Shown piece by piece: positions 18,801 to 28,186 of a DNA stretch of 64,000 bases. A model generated the notes under the pieces. That model was not told the DNA's origin, made no database searches, and saw only the letters and a program-made list of their open reading frames with translations. Every line of letters begins with the position of its first letter. Position 1 is the stretch's first letter. Where the stretch lies: positions 139,561 to 203,560 of the forward strand of contig JAQWJE010000014.1 of NCBI GenBank assembly GCA_029248525.1, given 5' to 3'. The DNA comes from Candidatus Binatia bacterium. GTDB lineage: Bacteria; Desulfobacterota; Binatia; UBA12015. The position numbers and the translations under genes are program-made.

Positions 18801-20030
18801 TCAGTCAGCGGCCTCCCTTGAGGCTGAGGAAGTGGCTGAGGACGAGGCCGCCGCCGGGATCGGACCGGTCACCGAGGCCAGTGGGATCGACACCATCCGG
18901 TCTCCTTTGGCGGTGCCCAGATAGAGCTTCTCGCCCACAGGCAGAGCGACTGTTGCAAAGCCCATCGGCGGGCCTTCATGCGCGAACACGGCCCCGCCCT
19001 CCATGGTTTCGGCATCCGCGCGGACCACAGAATAGGCAAGCGGGCATGGCCCCTCCGCGTCGAGACAACTCGTATTACCGATGAAATGATGATGGCCGAC
19101 AATCCAGATCCGCCCCGCATCATCCACGGTCACATTATCCGGCTGCTCGACCGCCACCTCCCCGAGATAGGCACCGGTCGTGGCGTCGCGACGAACAGAA
19201 CGGTTCTCCATATAATTATTGATATACAGTGTCTTGCCGTCGCGAGACGAAGCAATCCCGTTGGGCATCACAGCCTCCGACTCCGGCAGACGCGAAAATC
19301 CGGTCGCCGGGGACCAGATCCAGACCCAACCCGTATGGACCCCGAGTAAAAGCTTGCCCGCCGTGACGATCGTCCAGGTATCCTTGTCCCACATATGAGT
19401 GACGGCAATCTTTCCGTCCGGCAAGGCCGCTACGTCATTGAGGAGCGGGTCGCCCGCCGGCGCGACACAACCACGCCAGGAGATCGACCATTCGCCAGGT
19501 TTGCCCACCAACTCAAAGAACTCCACCGACTCCCGTCCCCCGTGGTTCACGACATAGAAACCGCGACGCCCGTCCTCGCGGCTGCGCAGATCGATGCCGT
19601 GCGGGCTGAACAAGCCGGGATCGGGTGCCGGACATTTGCGATCGGCCCAATTCTCGCCGTTGCCGTTCCAGTCAATCGGTAATTCGCGTCGCGAAGCGCC
19701 TTCGATCTCAAAAATCGCCAAACTGCCGGGCGTCCCTTTGAGGAAATTGCCCATCTCGCTCACGAATAATTCCTGACCGCCCGGTGCCGCGACCAGATCT
19801 TCGGGATTGGTGAAACCGCAATACGAGGTGATGCCGTCAGCCACCACACAGGAGTCCGTTGCCTCTGCCGCTTCCCCCGCAGCCGACGCGGAGGATGCCG
19901 GGGAAGCGGCAGACGTGCCACCGACCGTCCTGGTGGCAGCATTGGTGCACCCATTAGCCAGAAGAAACGGGGCAAGAACCACCCAAAGGGCAAAGAACCT
20001 GCGATTCGAAAGACGCTCGCTCATGGGCAT
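18801..20030 (-). CDS. Beta-propeller lipoprotein (SMP-30/gluconolactonase/arylesterase-like fold, function unknown)
   Basis: The start was moved to MPMSERLSNRRFFALWVVLAPFLLANGC (lipoprotein signal). Repetitive beta-strand-rich sequence (DGKIAVTHMW, GKTLYINNY, GRIWIVGHHHF) is consistent with a propeller. The functional call is weak. Confidence 0.45.
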   Translation of the reverse strand: MPMSERLSNRRFFALWVVLAPFLLANGCTNAATRTVGGTSAASPASSASAAGEAAEATDSCVVADGITSYCGFTNPEDLVAAPGGQELFVSEMGNFLKGTPGSLAIFEIEGASRRELPIDWNGNGENWADRKCPAPDPGLFSPHGIDLRSREDGRRGFYVVNHGGRESVEFFELVGKPGEWSISWRGCVAPAGDPLLNDVAALPDGKIAVTHMWDKDTWTIVTAGKLLLGVHTGWVWIWSPATGFSRLPESEAVMPNGIASSRDGKTLYINNYMENRSVRRDATTGAYLGEVAVEQPDNVTVDDAGRIWIVGHHHFIGNTSCLDAEGPCPLAYSVVRADAETMEGGAVFAHEGPPMGFATVALPVGEKLYLGTAKGDRMVSIPLASVTGPIPAAASSSATSSASREAAD

Positions 20031-20100
20031 TGACGCTATCACCCGAGGCACGGATCGCCGAACGCTTGCCTCCGATACGAAAACCTTGCACCGTGGTGCG

Positions 20101-21084
20101 ATGATAGAATTGATGCCCACGTGCGCTGCTCTTCGCCCCCTCCCGCAGGCCTTCCTGCGCGCCACATCTGCCTGCATGATACTGCTCGGGTTGGCCGCTT
20201 GCTCGGGCAGTTCTGCGGCGCCGCCGGACCCGGCGGCACCACAGGCTTTCAACGCCGAGGGTTGCACACCGGTAGACTACGAGACAGGACAGACCACAGT
20301 CGTCGACATCGAATTCGACGGCCTGGACCGCTCCTACCGCCTCTTCCTACCGACCGGCTACGATAGCGCCGCACCAACGCCACTCACCCTCAACTGGCAC
20401 GGCCTCACCTCAACGTCCAGCCAGCAAGAGGCCTATACCGGGACGGCCATCGCAGAAGAACGTGGCTATATTCTGGCGTTCCCCATGGGCATCGGGAACG
20501 CGTTCAACGGCGGTGGTTGCTGCAGTCAATTCGGCAATCCCCCGCATAGCGAAGATGACGTGGGCTTCGCCCGGGCCATCGTGGACGATATCGCCAGCCA
20601 ATTCTGCGTCGACCGGCGTCGCATCTATTCGACCGGGATGTCCAACGGAGGTTATATGTCCGAGCGATTGGCGTGTAACGCCAGTGACCTTTTTGCCGCC
20701 GTCGCTCCGGTCTCGGCACTTGGGTATCCGGTACCGAACTGCGAACCTGGCCGCCCGGTGCCGCTGCTCGCCTTCAACGGCACCGAAGACCCCTTGGTGA
20801 GCTACGACGGCTCCACCCAGAGCGCCCAGATTTGGGCTGCCCGCAACGGCTGCGACCCGGAGCCGGTTCGCGCGGCGCGCGACGGGGATTATTGCGAGCG
20901 TTGGCTCTCGTGCACCGATGGAGCTGAGGTCGAGCACTGTACCATTGTCGGGATGGAGCATTGCTGGCCGAGCGACACGCAGGACATCGTCCTGCCCGGA
21001 TTCTGCGCAACCGGGGGACTGGGCCCGATCGATGCCAACAACGATATGTACGACTTCTTCGCAGCGCATCCGATGGTCGACTAG
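20101..21084 (+). CDS. Secreted esterase, PHB-depolymerase/LpqC-like alpha/beta hydrolase family
   Basis: The start was moved to MIELMPTC...MILLGLAACSG. Nucleophile motif GMSNGG. GGCCSQFGNPP and the overall layout are typical of the PHB depolymerase/feruloyl-esterase family. Confidence 0.6.
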   Translation: MIELMPTCAALRPLPQAFLRATSACMILLGLAACSGSSAAPPDPAAPQAFNAEGCTPVDYETGQTTVVDIEFDGLDRSYRLFLPTGYDSAAPTPLTLNWHGLTSTSSQQEAYTGTAIAEERGYILAFPMGIGNAFNGGGCCSQFGNPPHSEDDVGFARAIVDDIASQFCVDRRRIYSTGMSNGGYMSERLACNASDLFAAVAPVSALGYPVPNCEPGRPVPLLAFNGTEDPLVSYDGSTQSAQIWAARNGCDPEPVRAARDGDYCERWLSCTDGAEVEHCTIVGMEHCWPSDTQDIVLPGFCATGGLGPIDANNDMYDFFAAHPMVD

Positions 21085-21118
21085 AGATCAGCGGTTCAGG
21101 CCAAGGGTCAGAGGTCGG

Positions 21119-22852
21119 TCAGAGGTCGGGCCGAACCGAGAAGATCAGGACGCCAGGGAGTTTCTGCTCCAGGCGCATGCCAAATTCATGCGGCACCTTG
21201 CTCGCGTCGACCCATTTCTTGCGGGGCGGACCGTTCAGCTTGAACAGAAGCACGACAATCGTCGTCAAATCGGTACTCTCCTGTAACCGCCGCAGAGCGG
21301 CCAGGTCCGGCAGAGCCTGCGCGTCGGCCAGCCGCTCGGCAAATCCCGCTGGCCAATAACCGTTGTAACCGTTGAGGACCGGGCGACGATGGTAGATCGA
21401 GCGATACATGGCATTGACCTGCCCTACCGGATCGAGAACACCGCGCCGATTCAACAGGGCGGGAAGTTCCAGAACCGGGCCCGAGCCCTCGGCCAACGCC
21501 GCCGCCACGATATCGTCAGGTGCCGGAGGCTGCAGCAGAGGGTATCGAGGTGGTACGACGCGGGGCCTCGCATAGCGGTCGGGTCCGACCCCCACCGCAC
21601 TTTCGTAATAAACCAGGCCCGCCCCCAGCACGACCACAACCCAACCAACGACAGCACCCGCACCCATTCGTCGGAGCGCGCCCGATACCGCCACGCCACA
21701 ACCTACCGACAGCCCGATCAAGGCGACAATTGCGAGTCGGTGTGGTTCGCGCACGACGTCGTAGACGCCGAGCCATTGCCCCAGCCACGCATGCGGGAGG
21801 CGGATCATCCCGCTCTCCAACCGCGCCACAGGCGTGAAGGAAACCAAAACTCCGACGCATACCCAGAAAAGAGCCATGCGAATCCCTGCAGCCTCGAGCC
21901 GTGGGGCATTGCGGCGGACACCCGGGAGCAAGCATATCCCGAGCAGAAGCAATGCGGACAATCCGACTCCGGTCGGCATCCGGGCATCGAGCGGCCCCCA
22001 CGGGAGACGCGTGAGCTGCATGACACCGCGCCATACGCTCTGGGACGCCAGATCAGGGTTTTCTACGCGAGTCAGTAAATAGGGGGCAAAGGCGAGGACG
22101 AGCGGTACGGCCGCCAAAGCCATGGCCCCCAACACCCGCCATCCCTCGGCTCGGCGCTGCGGCGAAAGCAATCGCAGCAGGCAGACCGCTCCCACCACGA
22201 GGTAGGTAGCAACGGCCAGGTACACAGTCGCCAAGCCCTGCAGAGTCAACAAGAAGGCCAGCACCAACAACCGGCGATTGCTCGACACTCCGGCAACAAG
22301 GAAAAGGAAAATCCAGGGCAAATAAAAGAGCATTGCGTAGTTCGGTGCGCACGGTGCCCATTGCCACCATAGCCAGCGGGAACTGAGCAACATCACAACC
22401 CCCGCAAGGCCCGCGGCGTGACGGCCCGTCAGCCGACGAACCACCAAATGTACACTGCCGGCGGTTGCGACCAGTCCGAAGAAAAACACCAGATTCAGTG
22501 CCAGTGTCGGGTTTCCCGACAAGGCAAAAACCGGCAGGAAAAGCGGCAACGCGCCGAAGGCGGCCTCTCCCAGAAGGATCGTCCGAGCCGCCGGGTAAAA
22601 GGCGCCTCCATCCAGCCATCGTCCCGGCGAAAAAAGCAGGGCATCAGATTGGTGGGCCAGTGCCCAGCCTACGAGCTGGCTATCGAAACGACACGCTTTT
22701 CCGCTCAGCGGCAAACCCGCCGCGAGCTGTGTGACCAAGGGCCAGGTCAGCCAAGCGGCGAGCAGGCCATAGGCAGCAAAGACCGCAAATATCTCAAAAC
22801 CCCGCAGGCGATCCGCCTCCGAAAGTCTGTACCCCCGATCAGGAGACGCCAC
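21119..22852 (-). CDS. Polytopic membrane protein, GT-C-like (putative polyprenyl-phosphate-sugar-dependent glycosyltransferase); paralog of 23734-25944
   Basis: 577 aa with more than 10 hydrophobic segments. The N-terminal region (DSQLVGWALAHQ...SGNPTLALNLVFFFGLVATAGSVHLVVRRL) aligns with the N-terminus of the 736-aa protein. It overlaps the GT2 gene by 14 nt. Confidence 0.5.
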   Translation of the reverse strand: MASPDRGYRLSEADRLRGFEIFAVFAAYGLLAAWLTWPLVTQLAAGLPLSGKACRFDSQLVGWALAHQSDALLFSPGRWLDGGAFYPAARTILLGEAAFGALPLFLPVFALSGNPTLALNLVFFFGLVATAGSVHLVVRRLTGRHAAGLAGVVMLLSSRWLWWQWAPCAPNYAMLFYLPWIFLFLVAGVSSNRRLLVLAFLLTLQGLATVYLAVATYLVVGAVCLLRLLSPQRRAEGWRVLGAMALAAVPLVLAFAPYLLTRVENPDLASQSVWRGVMQLTRLPWGPLDARMPTGVGLSALLLLGICLLPGVRRNAPRLEAAGIRMALFWVCVGVLVSFTPVARLESGMIRLPHAWLGQWLGVYDVVREPHRLAIVALIGLSVGCGVAVSGALRRMGAGAVVGWVVVVLGAGLVYYESAVGVGPDRYARPRVVPPRYPLLQPPAPDDIVAAALAEGSGPVLELPALLNRRGVLDPVGQVNAMYRSIYHRRPVLNGYNGYWPAGFAERLADAQALPDLAALRRLQESTDLTTIVVLLFKLNGPPRKKWVDASKVPHEFGMRLEQKLPGVLIFSVRPDL

Positions 22853-23573
22853 GAGCCGAACCCGAAAAAGGCTCCGAGGACATCAACCCCCATCGGGCCA
22901 ATCGGAATTTCAGGGCTGTTCCGAGGCAACCAAATCCATATTGGACGCTGCGGACAAAATTAATCGAGCTGGCATCGGTTGCGTAACGCGTGGGGCAACT
23001 CACCTCACCGATCGCCTCGTCGAGCCATAAAATCTGGGCCAGCATCTGATTATCAAATACGAAATCGTCCGAATTCGAATCCAGAGGCAGCCGGCGCAGC
23101 AGCTCCGCAGAGAACGCTCGATAGCCGGTATGGTATTCGGAAAGTTGCGCTCCCATCAAAATATTTGCGAACAGAGTCAAGAAGCGATTGGCGACAAACC
23201 GCCACCAGGGCATGCCCCCGCGCAAAGCATGGCCGCCCAAAATCCGGGAACCGAGCACGCAAGGGTAGAGACCATTGCCGATCAATCCGCTCATCGCCGG
23301 AATCAACTTGGGCGTATATTGATAGTCCGGGTGGACCATAATGACGATATCGCCGCCCTGCTCGAGCGCCAATCGGTAGCAACTCTTCTGATTGCCGCCA
23401 TAGCCTCGATTCCCATCGTGGCGATGCACCAGAGTGTTGGGCAGCGTCGCCGCCAGCGCCACGGTCTGATCGCTGCTGCAGTCGTCCACCACAATCACGA
23501 GGTCCACGACTCCCTGAGCCATCACCTCATCGTAGGTCTTCTGCAAGGTTGCCTCCGCATTATAGGCAGGCAT
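22839..23573 (-). CDS. Family 2 glycosyltransferase (polyprenyl-phosphate sugar synthase/DPM1-like)
   Basis: MPAYNAEATL...DLVIVVDDCSSDQT...VHRHDGNRGYGGN. This is the classical GT2 DxD/DDxSxD context. 244 aa. Confidence 0.7.
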   Translation of the reverse strand: MPAYNAEATLQKTYDEVMAQGVVDLVIVVDDCSSDQTVALAATLPNTLVHRHDGNRGYGGNQKSCYRLALEQGGDIVIMVHPDYQYTPKLIPAMSGLIGNGLYPCVLGSRILGGHALRGGMPWWRFVANRFLTLFANILMGAQLSEYHTGYRAFSAELLRRLPLDSNSDDFVFDNQMLAQILWLDEAIGEVSCPTRYATDASSINFVRSVQYGFGCLGTALKFRLARWGLMSSEPFSGSARGVS

Positions 23574-23733
23574 GACGACGACGACTCTCTGATCCTTGAA
23601 AATTAGCGCATCTCCTTACTGCTGCAGCAGAGAACCCGTCAGGCGCCCGCCTCGCAGCCTCCTTAAATCCTGATCGAGGGCGCAGCACAAGCAACGCTTT
23701 TACGCGAGCGAAGATTGCGATATCCGGTAGACC

Positions 23734-25944
23734 TTGAAGACCGCGCGCGCATCATACCTGTTCTGGACGATCGCGTTTCTGCTCCTCTCGCTACCGATTC
23801 TCCCGCTCCTGACCGATCATCTGGCCGACAACCCCAACCGGAACGATGCACGTCTGATCGTCTGGATTCTGGACTGGGTCTGGTACTCTCTCCTCCACGC
23901 CCCCGACATGATCGCCGAGGGGCCAATCAACTTTCCTGCCCCAGCCCAGCTCACCAGTTCCGATTGGTTCTATAGTGCGCAGACCGTTTTCGGTCCGATC
24001 CATGTCTGGACCGGAAATCCGGTACTCGCGGCGAACCTGACTGCGTGGCTGACCTATCCGCTGGCTGCATTCTGCATGGAACGTCTCGCCCGACGACTGG
24101 GCAGCGATCCGCTTCCCGCCATCACAGCGGGCCTCTTTTTCGCCCTCGCCTCGCGTCGGGTACCTTTCAATATCCACATTCTCCAGAACGCCAATTTTCT
24201 TCTGCCGCTGGTCGCATTGGCCGTCTTGAGCCTCTTTGACCGACCGGACCTTCGACGGACGTTGGCAGCGACTGCCGCGTTCCTGCTGGCCTGCCTGAGT
24301 GCACTCTATGGAGCCTTCTTTGCCGCTGTGACCGGGGCGATCGCCCTTGCGGCAGCATGGTGTCGGCCGACCGCCTCGCGCGGCCGTGCGACGGTCTACG
24401 CTTTGCTGGCAGCCGGAATCGCCGGTGGCATCGCGGCGATCACGCTGCGACCCTGGCTGGCGCGAGCCACTGACGAGCTTCGGCCCCTCGCCATCGCCGA
24501 CGCAAACCTCGCCAACTACGGCTCGGCACTGCTCGGTATCAGCCGGGTAGATCCGGTCTCGGCCATCAATTTCGCTTTGCCTGTGGTCTTCCTCGGCGCG
24601 CTTCTTGCGGCCGTCGCGCAACGAGGCGTGCGGGTCGGCGTAGCCTTCGGCGTCAGTATGTGGCTGCTGGGAGCCCTGCTGAGCCCCGGCTACCCCAAAG
24701 CGCTGGAATCCGTTCTGGCAGGGTCCCCTCTCTCTTTTCTCGCCTACCCCGACCGGCAACAAATTGTGGCCGATGTGGGTCGCGCCATACTTCTATCGCT
24801 TGCTTTGACCGGGCTGCGCAGTCTGCCATTCCGCAGTCTGCCACTCCGAGGTCTTCAGACATCAGCCTGCGGCCTTGTCGCGATCCTGCTTCTGTTGGTG
24901 CGCGGAACAGCTCTGGTCGACGGCAATTTCAGCCGTCCGCTTGCCTTCGGCAGTGACCGCCCTGCCTACCTCGCCCTGCAGGCTGCCCTGCAACCAGCTC
25001 CGGGCTCATCCGCACGGGTTACCTCCGGTCCCCTCCTTGAACTGCCGCTGCGACGACCGAACCCAAATGGAAGGGCAAAGGGAACTCCGGTCGCGCCCGA
25101 TGCCATGCTCGGGCAAACAATCCATCGGATTCCCCTCGTCGATGGCTATACGGGCTATCACCCTCCGCATCGCGCATTTCTGCTCGACGCAATCGGACGG
25201 CTGCCTTCCGGCCTCGCCCTCGCCGACCTGCAGCGAGCAACAGGTCTGGAATGGATCCTCCTGCGACCAGAAGCCGAGTGGCAGGGATATCCCACCAAGC
25301 GCGCCAGCGTCATCGACCTTCTCCGGAAATCCCCCGAGGTCGAGGAGATATCCGATCTCGGCGGATGGACATTGGCTCACCTCCGAGCCCCTTCTTCCTC
25401 GGATTGGCGCCAGGCCATAGCCGCGGGAACGGGCCGCAACCAGACAGCTCTCGGGTACCCGGCGGTTCCATTGACGGCGGCATCGACATCGGGCGAACTG
25501 AACGTGCAGGCAAGCCCCAGCGCAGGCCGCGCCAACCAGTATCTCCCGTTAGATGTGACACTCACCAATACGGGCGAGACACCGTGGCCAGGATCGCTCC
25601 AACCCCGGCGCTCCTGGATGCTCGACTTCGGTACCACCCGACCAAGAGGCCGCTTTCAGGAGGGCGTCCTGCAACGGCCGACGCCCTTCCCGGCTGAAAA
25701 ATCCGTCGTTCTGGCGATCAGGTGGAAGCCGCTCGATGAGGGAGCGAAGGCTCAGCCTGCGCAATTGGTGCCGCTACCACGCGACTTGCCCAACGGAGAG
25801 AGCGTCAGGTTTCCGGTGTTGCTGCGCTACCCGAAAGGATCCGGTTCCTATTCGTTCTCTCTGCAGCCCAGCCAGATCCTCGAGGGCAAACCGGTTGCCC
25901 TGCCAGTGGCCGCAGCAACTCGAAGGGTTCAGGTCACGCCGTAA
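23734..25944 (+). CDS. Large polytopic membrane protein, GT-C-like paralog with C-terminal periplasmic domain
   Basis: 736 aa. The N-terminus LADNPNRNDARLIVWILDWVWYSLL...TGNPVLAANLTAWLTYPLAAFCMERLARRL is paralogous to 21119-22852. It has a ~350-aa hydrophilic C-terminal domain. Confidence 0.5.
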   Translation: MKTARASYLFWTIAFLLLSLPILPLLTDHLADNPNRNDARLIVWILDWVWYSLLHAPDMIAEGPINFPAPAQLTSSDWFYSAQTVFGPIHVWTGNPVLAANLTAWLTYPLAAFCMERLARRLGSDPLPAITAGLFFALASRRVPFNIHILQNANFLLPLVALAVLSLFDRPDLRRTLAATAAFLLACLSALYGAFFAAVTGAIALAAAWCRPTASRGRATVYALLAAGIAGGIAAITLRPWLARATDELRPLAIADANLANYGSALLGISRVDPVSAINFALPVVFLGALLAAVAQRGVRVGVAFGVSMWLLGALLSPGYPKALESVLAGSPLSFLAYPDRQQIVADVGRAILLSLALTGLRSLPFRSLPLRGLQTSACGLVAILLLLVRGTALVDGNFSRPLAFGSDRPAYLALQAALQPAPGSSARVTSGPLLELPLRRPNPNGRAKGTPVAPDAMLGQTIHRIPLVDGYTGYHPPHRAFLLDAIGRLPSGLALADLQRATGLEWILLRPEAEWQGYPTKRASVIDLLRKSPEVEEISDLGGWTLAHLRAPSSSDWRQAIAAGTGRNQTALGYPAVPLTAASTSGELNVQASPSAGRANQYLPLDVTLTNTGETPWPGSLQPRRSWMLDFGTTRPRGRFQEGVLQRPTPFPAEKSVVLAIRWKPLDEGAKAQPAQLVPLPRDLPNGESVRFPVLLRYPKGSGSYSFSLQPSQILEGKPVALPVAAATRRVQVTP

Positions 25945-26038
25945 ACATTCGGGCCAAAAGGGGCCCAGTGGGAATTCGAGGCAGTTGAGGCAGTTGGCAA
26001 GGCGGCATCGTGCCGAGCCCCGACTGGGCGAGCCGTTG

Positions 26039-26242
26039 TCAGCCTTCGAGTCGTTCGGGCCGAATATTTCCATACTCGACCAGCGCCTGCCCGGCGCGCT
26101 CGGCTCGGTCGATTGTGTGGATCACTTCCTCCCAGGCGGGATCCATGCGGATCGCGGGATTCTCTACGGTCGCGAGAACCTCCTGAGCTTGGCGAACAAT
26201 GGAAAGAACCTTTTCGGCGACCTCTATGGGTTTGGCACTCAT
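26039..26242 (-). CDS. Small hypothetical protein (68 aa)
   Basis: ATG at 26242 is preceded by GGAGG (ctggaggaattcgATG) and lies 17 bp downstream of the LLM gene stop. There is no recognizable domain. Confidence 0.35.
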   Translation of the reverse strand: MSAKPIEVAEKVLSIVRQAQEVLATVENPAIRMDPAWEEVIHTIDRAERAGQALVEYGNIRPERLEG

Positions 26243-26258
26243 CGAATTCCTCCAGATC

Positions 26259-27131
26259 TCAACCGCGAAACTTTGCGATAATATCGTTGGCGTATTGCTC
26301 GATCGGCTGCAGCTTCTCCTCGTAGGAAACGTCGCCCCCACGATAGAAGTCACGGAAACCGATGATCACATCGGTAATGCCGCGGTCCTCGAGTCGCTTC
26401 AAACCATCGACGGAATATCCGTCCATCGAGATCGCATGGACCTCGAAGGGTTCCTTCTCTCGACCCGCCTCGACACGAAGCTCGTGTAACCGCGCCAGAT
26501 AGGTATCCAACTCGGCGGGATCGCCACCCGCATGCATCCAACCATCTCCCAGACGCGCGGCTCTCTTCAGGGCCGGCTCGGAGTGGCCGCCGATTAAAAT
26601 AGGAATTGGCTGGGTCACGCCCGGGCATATCTTCGCACTCTGGAGGTCGTAGAACTCGCCCTTGTAGGAAAAGTACTCGCCCGCCTCCAGGCCGCGGATG
26701 ATCTCGATCATCTCGTTCATCCGCTTGCCGCGTCGTTTCCAGGACTGGTTGCAGATATCGAAATCTTCCGGCCAGGGACTGAGACCAACCCCGAGTGCGA
26801 GCCTGTTTCCGGAGAGGACAGCAACCGACGTCGCTTGCTTGGCCACCAGTACCGGTTCGCGAATCGGCAGTTTCACCACGAAGGTCGCGAAACGCAGTCG
26901 AGTGGTGACGGCCGCCATTGCCGGGATGAGAGAAAACGGCTCGATGAAAGGCTTGCCATCGAGAAAACTACGATCGCCATCATCTGTATAGGGATATTTA
27001 CTATCCGAGAATTGCGGGTAGCAAATGCTGTCCGGAACCACGGCCGTGTCCCAACCGCAGGCTTCTGCGGCCTGCGCCAACGGCAAATAATGGGTGGGAT
27101 CACCCATCGACTCTGCGTAGGAAAATCTCAT
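26259..27131 (-). CDS. Luciferase-like monooxygenase (LLM) family flavin/F420-dependent oxidoreductase
   Basis: 290 aa. MRFSYAESMG...AAEACGWDTAVVPD...LGVGLSPWPEDF...IPILIGGHSEPALKRAARLGDGWM is a typical LLM/TIGR03619-like architecture. Confidence 0.7.
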   Translation of the reverse strand: MRFSYAESMGDPTHYLPLAQAAEACGWDTAVVPDSICYPQFSDSKYPYTDDGDRSFLDGKPFIEPFSLIPAMAAVTTRLRFATFVVKLPIREPVLVAKQATSVAVLSGNRLALGVGLSPWPEDFDICNQSWKRRGKRMNEMIEIIRGLEAGEYFSYKGEFYDLQSAKICPGVTQPIPILIGGHSEPALKRAARLGDGWMHAGGDPAELDTYLARLHELRVEAGREKEPFEVHAISMDGYSVDGLKRLEDRGITDVIIGFRDFYRGGDVSYEEKLQPIEQYANDIIAKFRG

Positions 27132-27150
27132 GGTTCTGTCCTATCGGGCT

Positions 27151-28116
27151 CTAGTTGCCCAGCTTGGATCGATCGGACCAGAAGAGCACCACCGGTGCCG
27201 CGATATAGATCGAAGAATATGTGCCCGTGATGAAACCGATCACCAACGTGAAGGCGAATGGTTCCAGCCCCTTGCCGCCGAGGAAGAACAAGGCGAAAAG
27301 CACAAAAAGTGCCGTTCCTGTCGTCAGCAGCGTTCGCGACAGAGTGTCATTGATACTGCGATTGATGATATCTCCAAGTTTGCCCTTGGGGTTTCGCTTC
27401 AGGTTCTCGCGAACGCGGTCGGACACGATAATCGTGTCGTGCACCGAGAAGCCAATCACCGTCAGCAAGCCGGCCAAAGTCGTCAAATCAAATGTATATT
27501 GGGTCAACATCAATGCCCCGGTGGTAATCAGCACGTCGTGGATCAAGGCGATGACCGCCCCCAAGCCGAAACTCGTTTCGAAACGGGCAGTAATATAGAG
27601 CCCCATGAAAACGGTCGCGAAGAGAATTGCCATGAAGCCCTGGCGCCGCAGATCTGCCCCGACTTTGGGACCGACACTCTCGACGCTGAGAATCTCGACG
27701 CCTCCCTCCCCACCGGTCGCGGCGAATAGCTGCTTGAGCGTGCGCGAGATGGAGTTCATTTCCTCGCCTTCAGTGATTTCAAAGCGCAGGAGGAATTCGC
27801 TTCCCTGGACACCGAAGTCCTGCACCGTCAAATCGCGCAGATCGAGAGGCACCAGTTCAGCCCGGACCGCATTGGCATCCGTAGGCGCTGCAAAGCGGAC
27901 TCGCATCGAAGTTCCACCCGTAAAATCGACGCCGTAGTTCAGAGGGCGAGCGAAAAAGAGGACGATGGCCAGAACGTTGAGAATCGTCGAAATGATCAAA
28001 AAGAACTTGCGGCGGCCGACGAAATCGATCGCCAGGCCTTCCGGGAGGAGGCTACGAAAATTGAGATCAGCAGAGGCTTTTCGCCCCGCGACCTTTGCAC
28101 CTTTGTCCATATCCAC
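27151..28116 (-). CDS. secF: Protein translocase subunit SecF
   Basis: GVDFTGGT signature. Six-TM layout. 321 aa. Confidence 0.8.
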   Translation of the reverse strand: MDMDKGAKVAGRKASADLNFRSLLPEGLAIDFVGRRKFFLIISTILNVLAIVLFFARPLNYGVDFTGGTSMRVRFAAPTDANAVRAELVPLDLRDLTVQDFGVQGSEFLLRFEITEGEEMNSISRTLKQLFAATGGEGGVEILSVESVGPKVGADLRRQGFMAILFATVFMGLYITARFETSFGLGAVIALIHDVLITTGALMLTQYTFDLTTLAGLLTVIGFSVHDTIIVSDRVRENLKRNPKGKLGDIINRSINDTLSRTLLTTGTALFVLFALFFLGGKGLEPFAFTLVIGFITGTYSSIYIAAPVVLFWSDRSKLGN

Positions 28117-28186
28117 CTCGACTCCGAATTCTACTGAAAACCCGTGCTTTTACTAGCAACACGGAGCCCCGCGCTCAACCGGAGGC

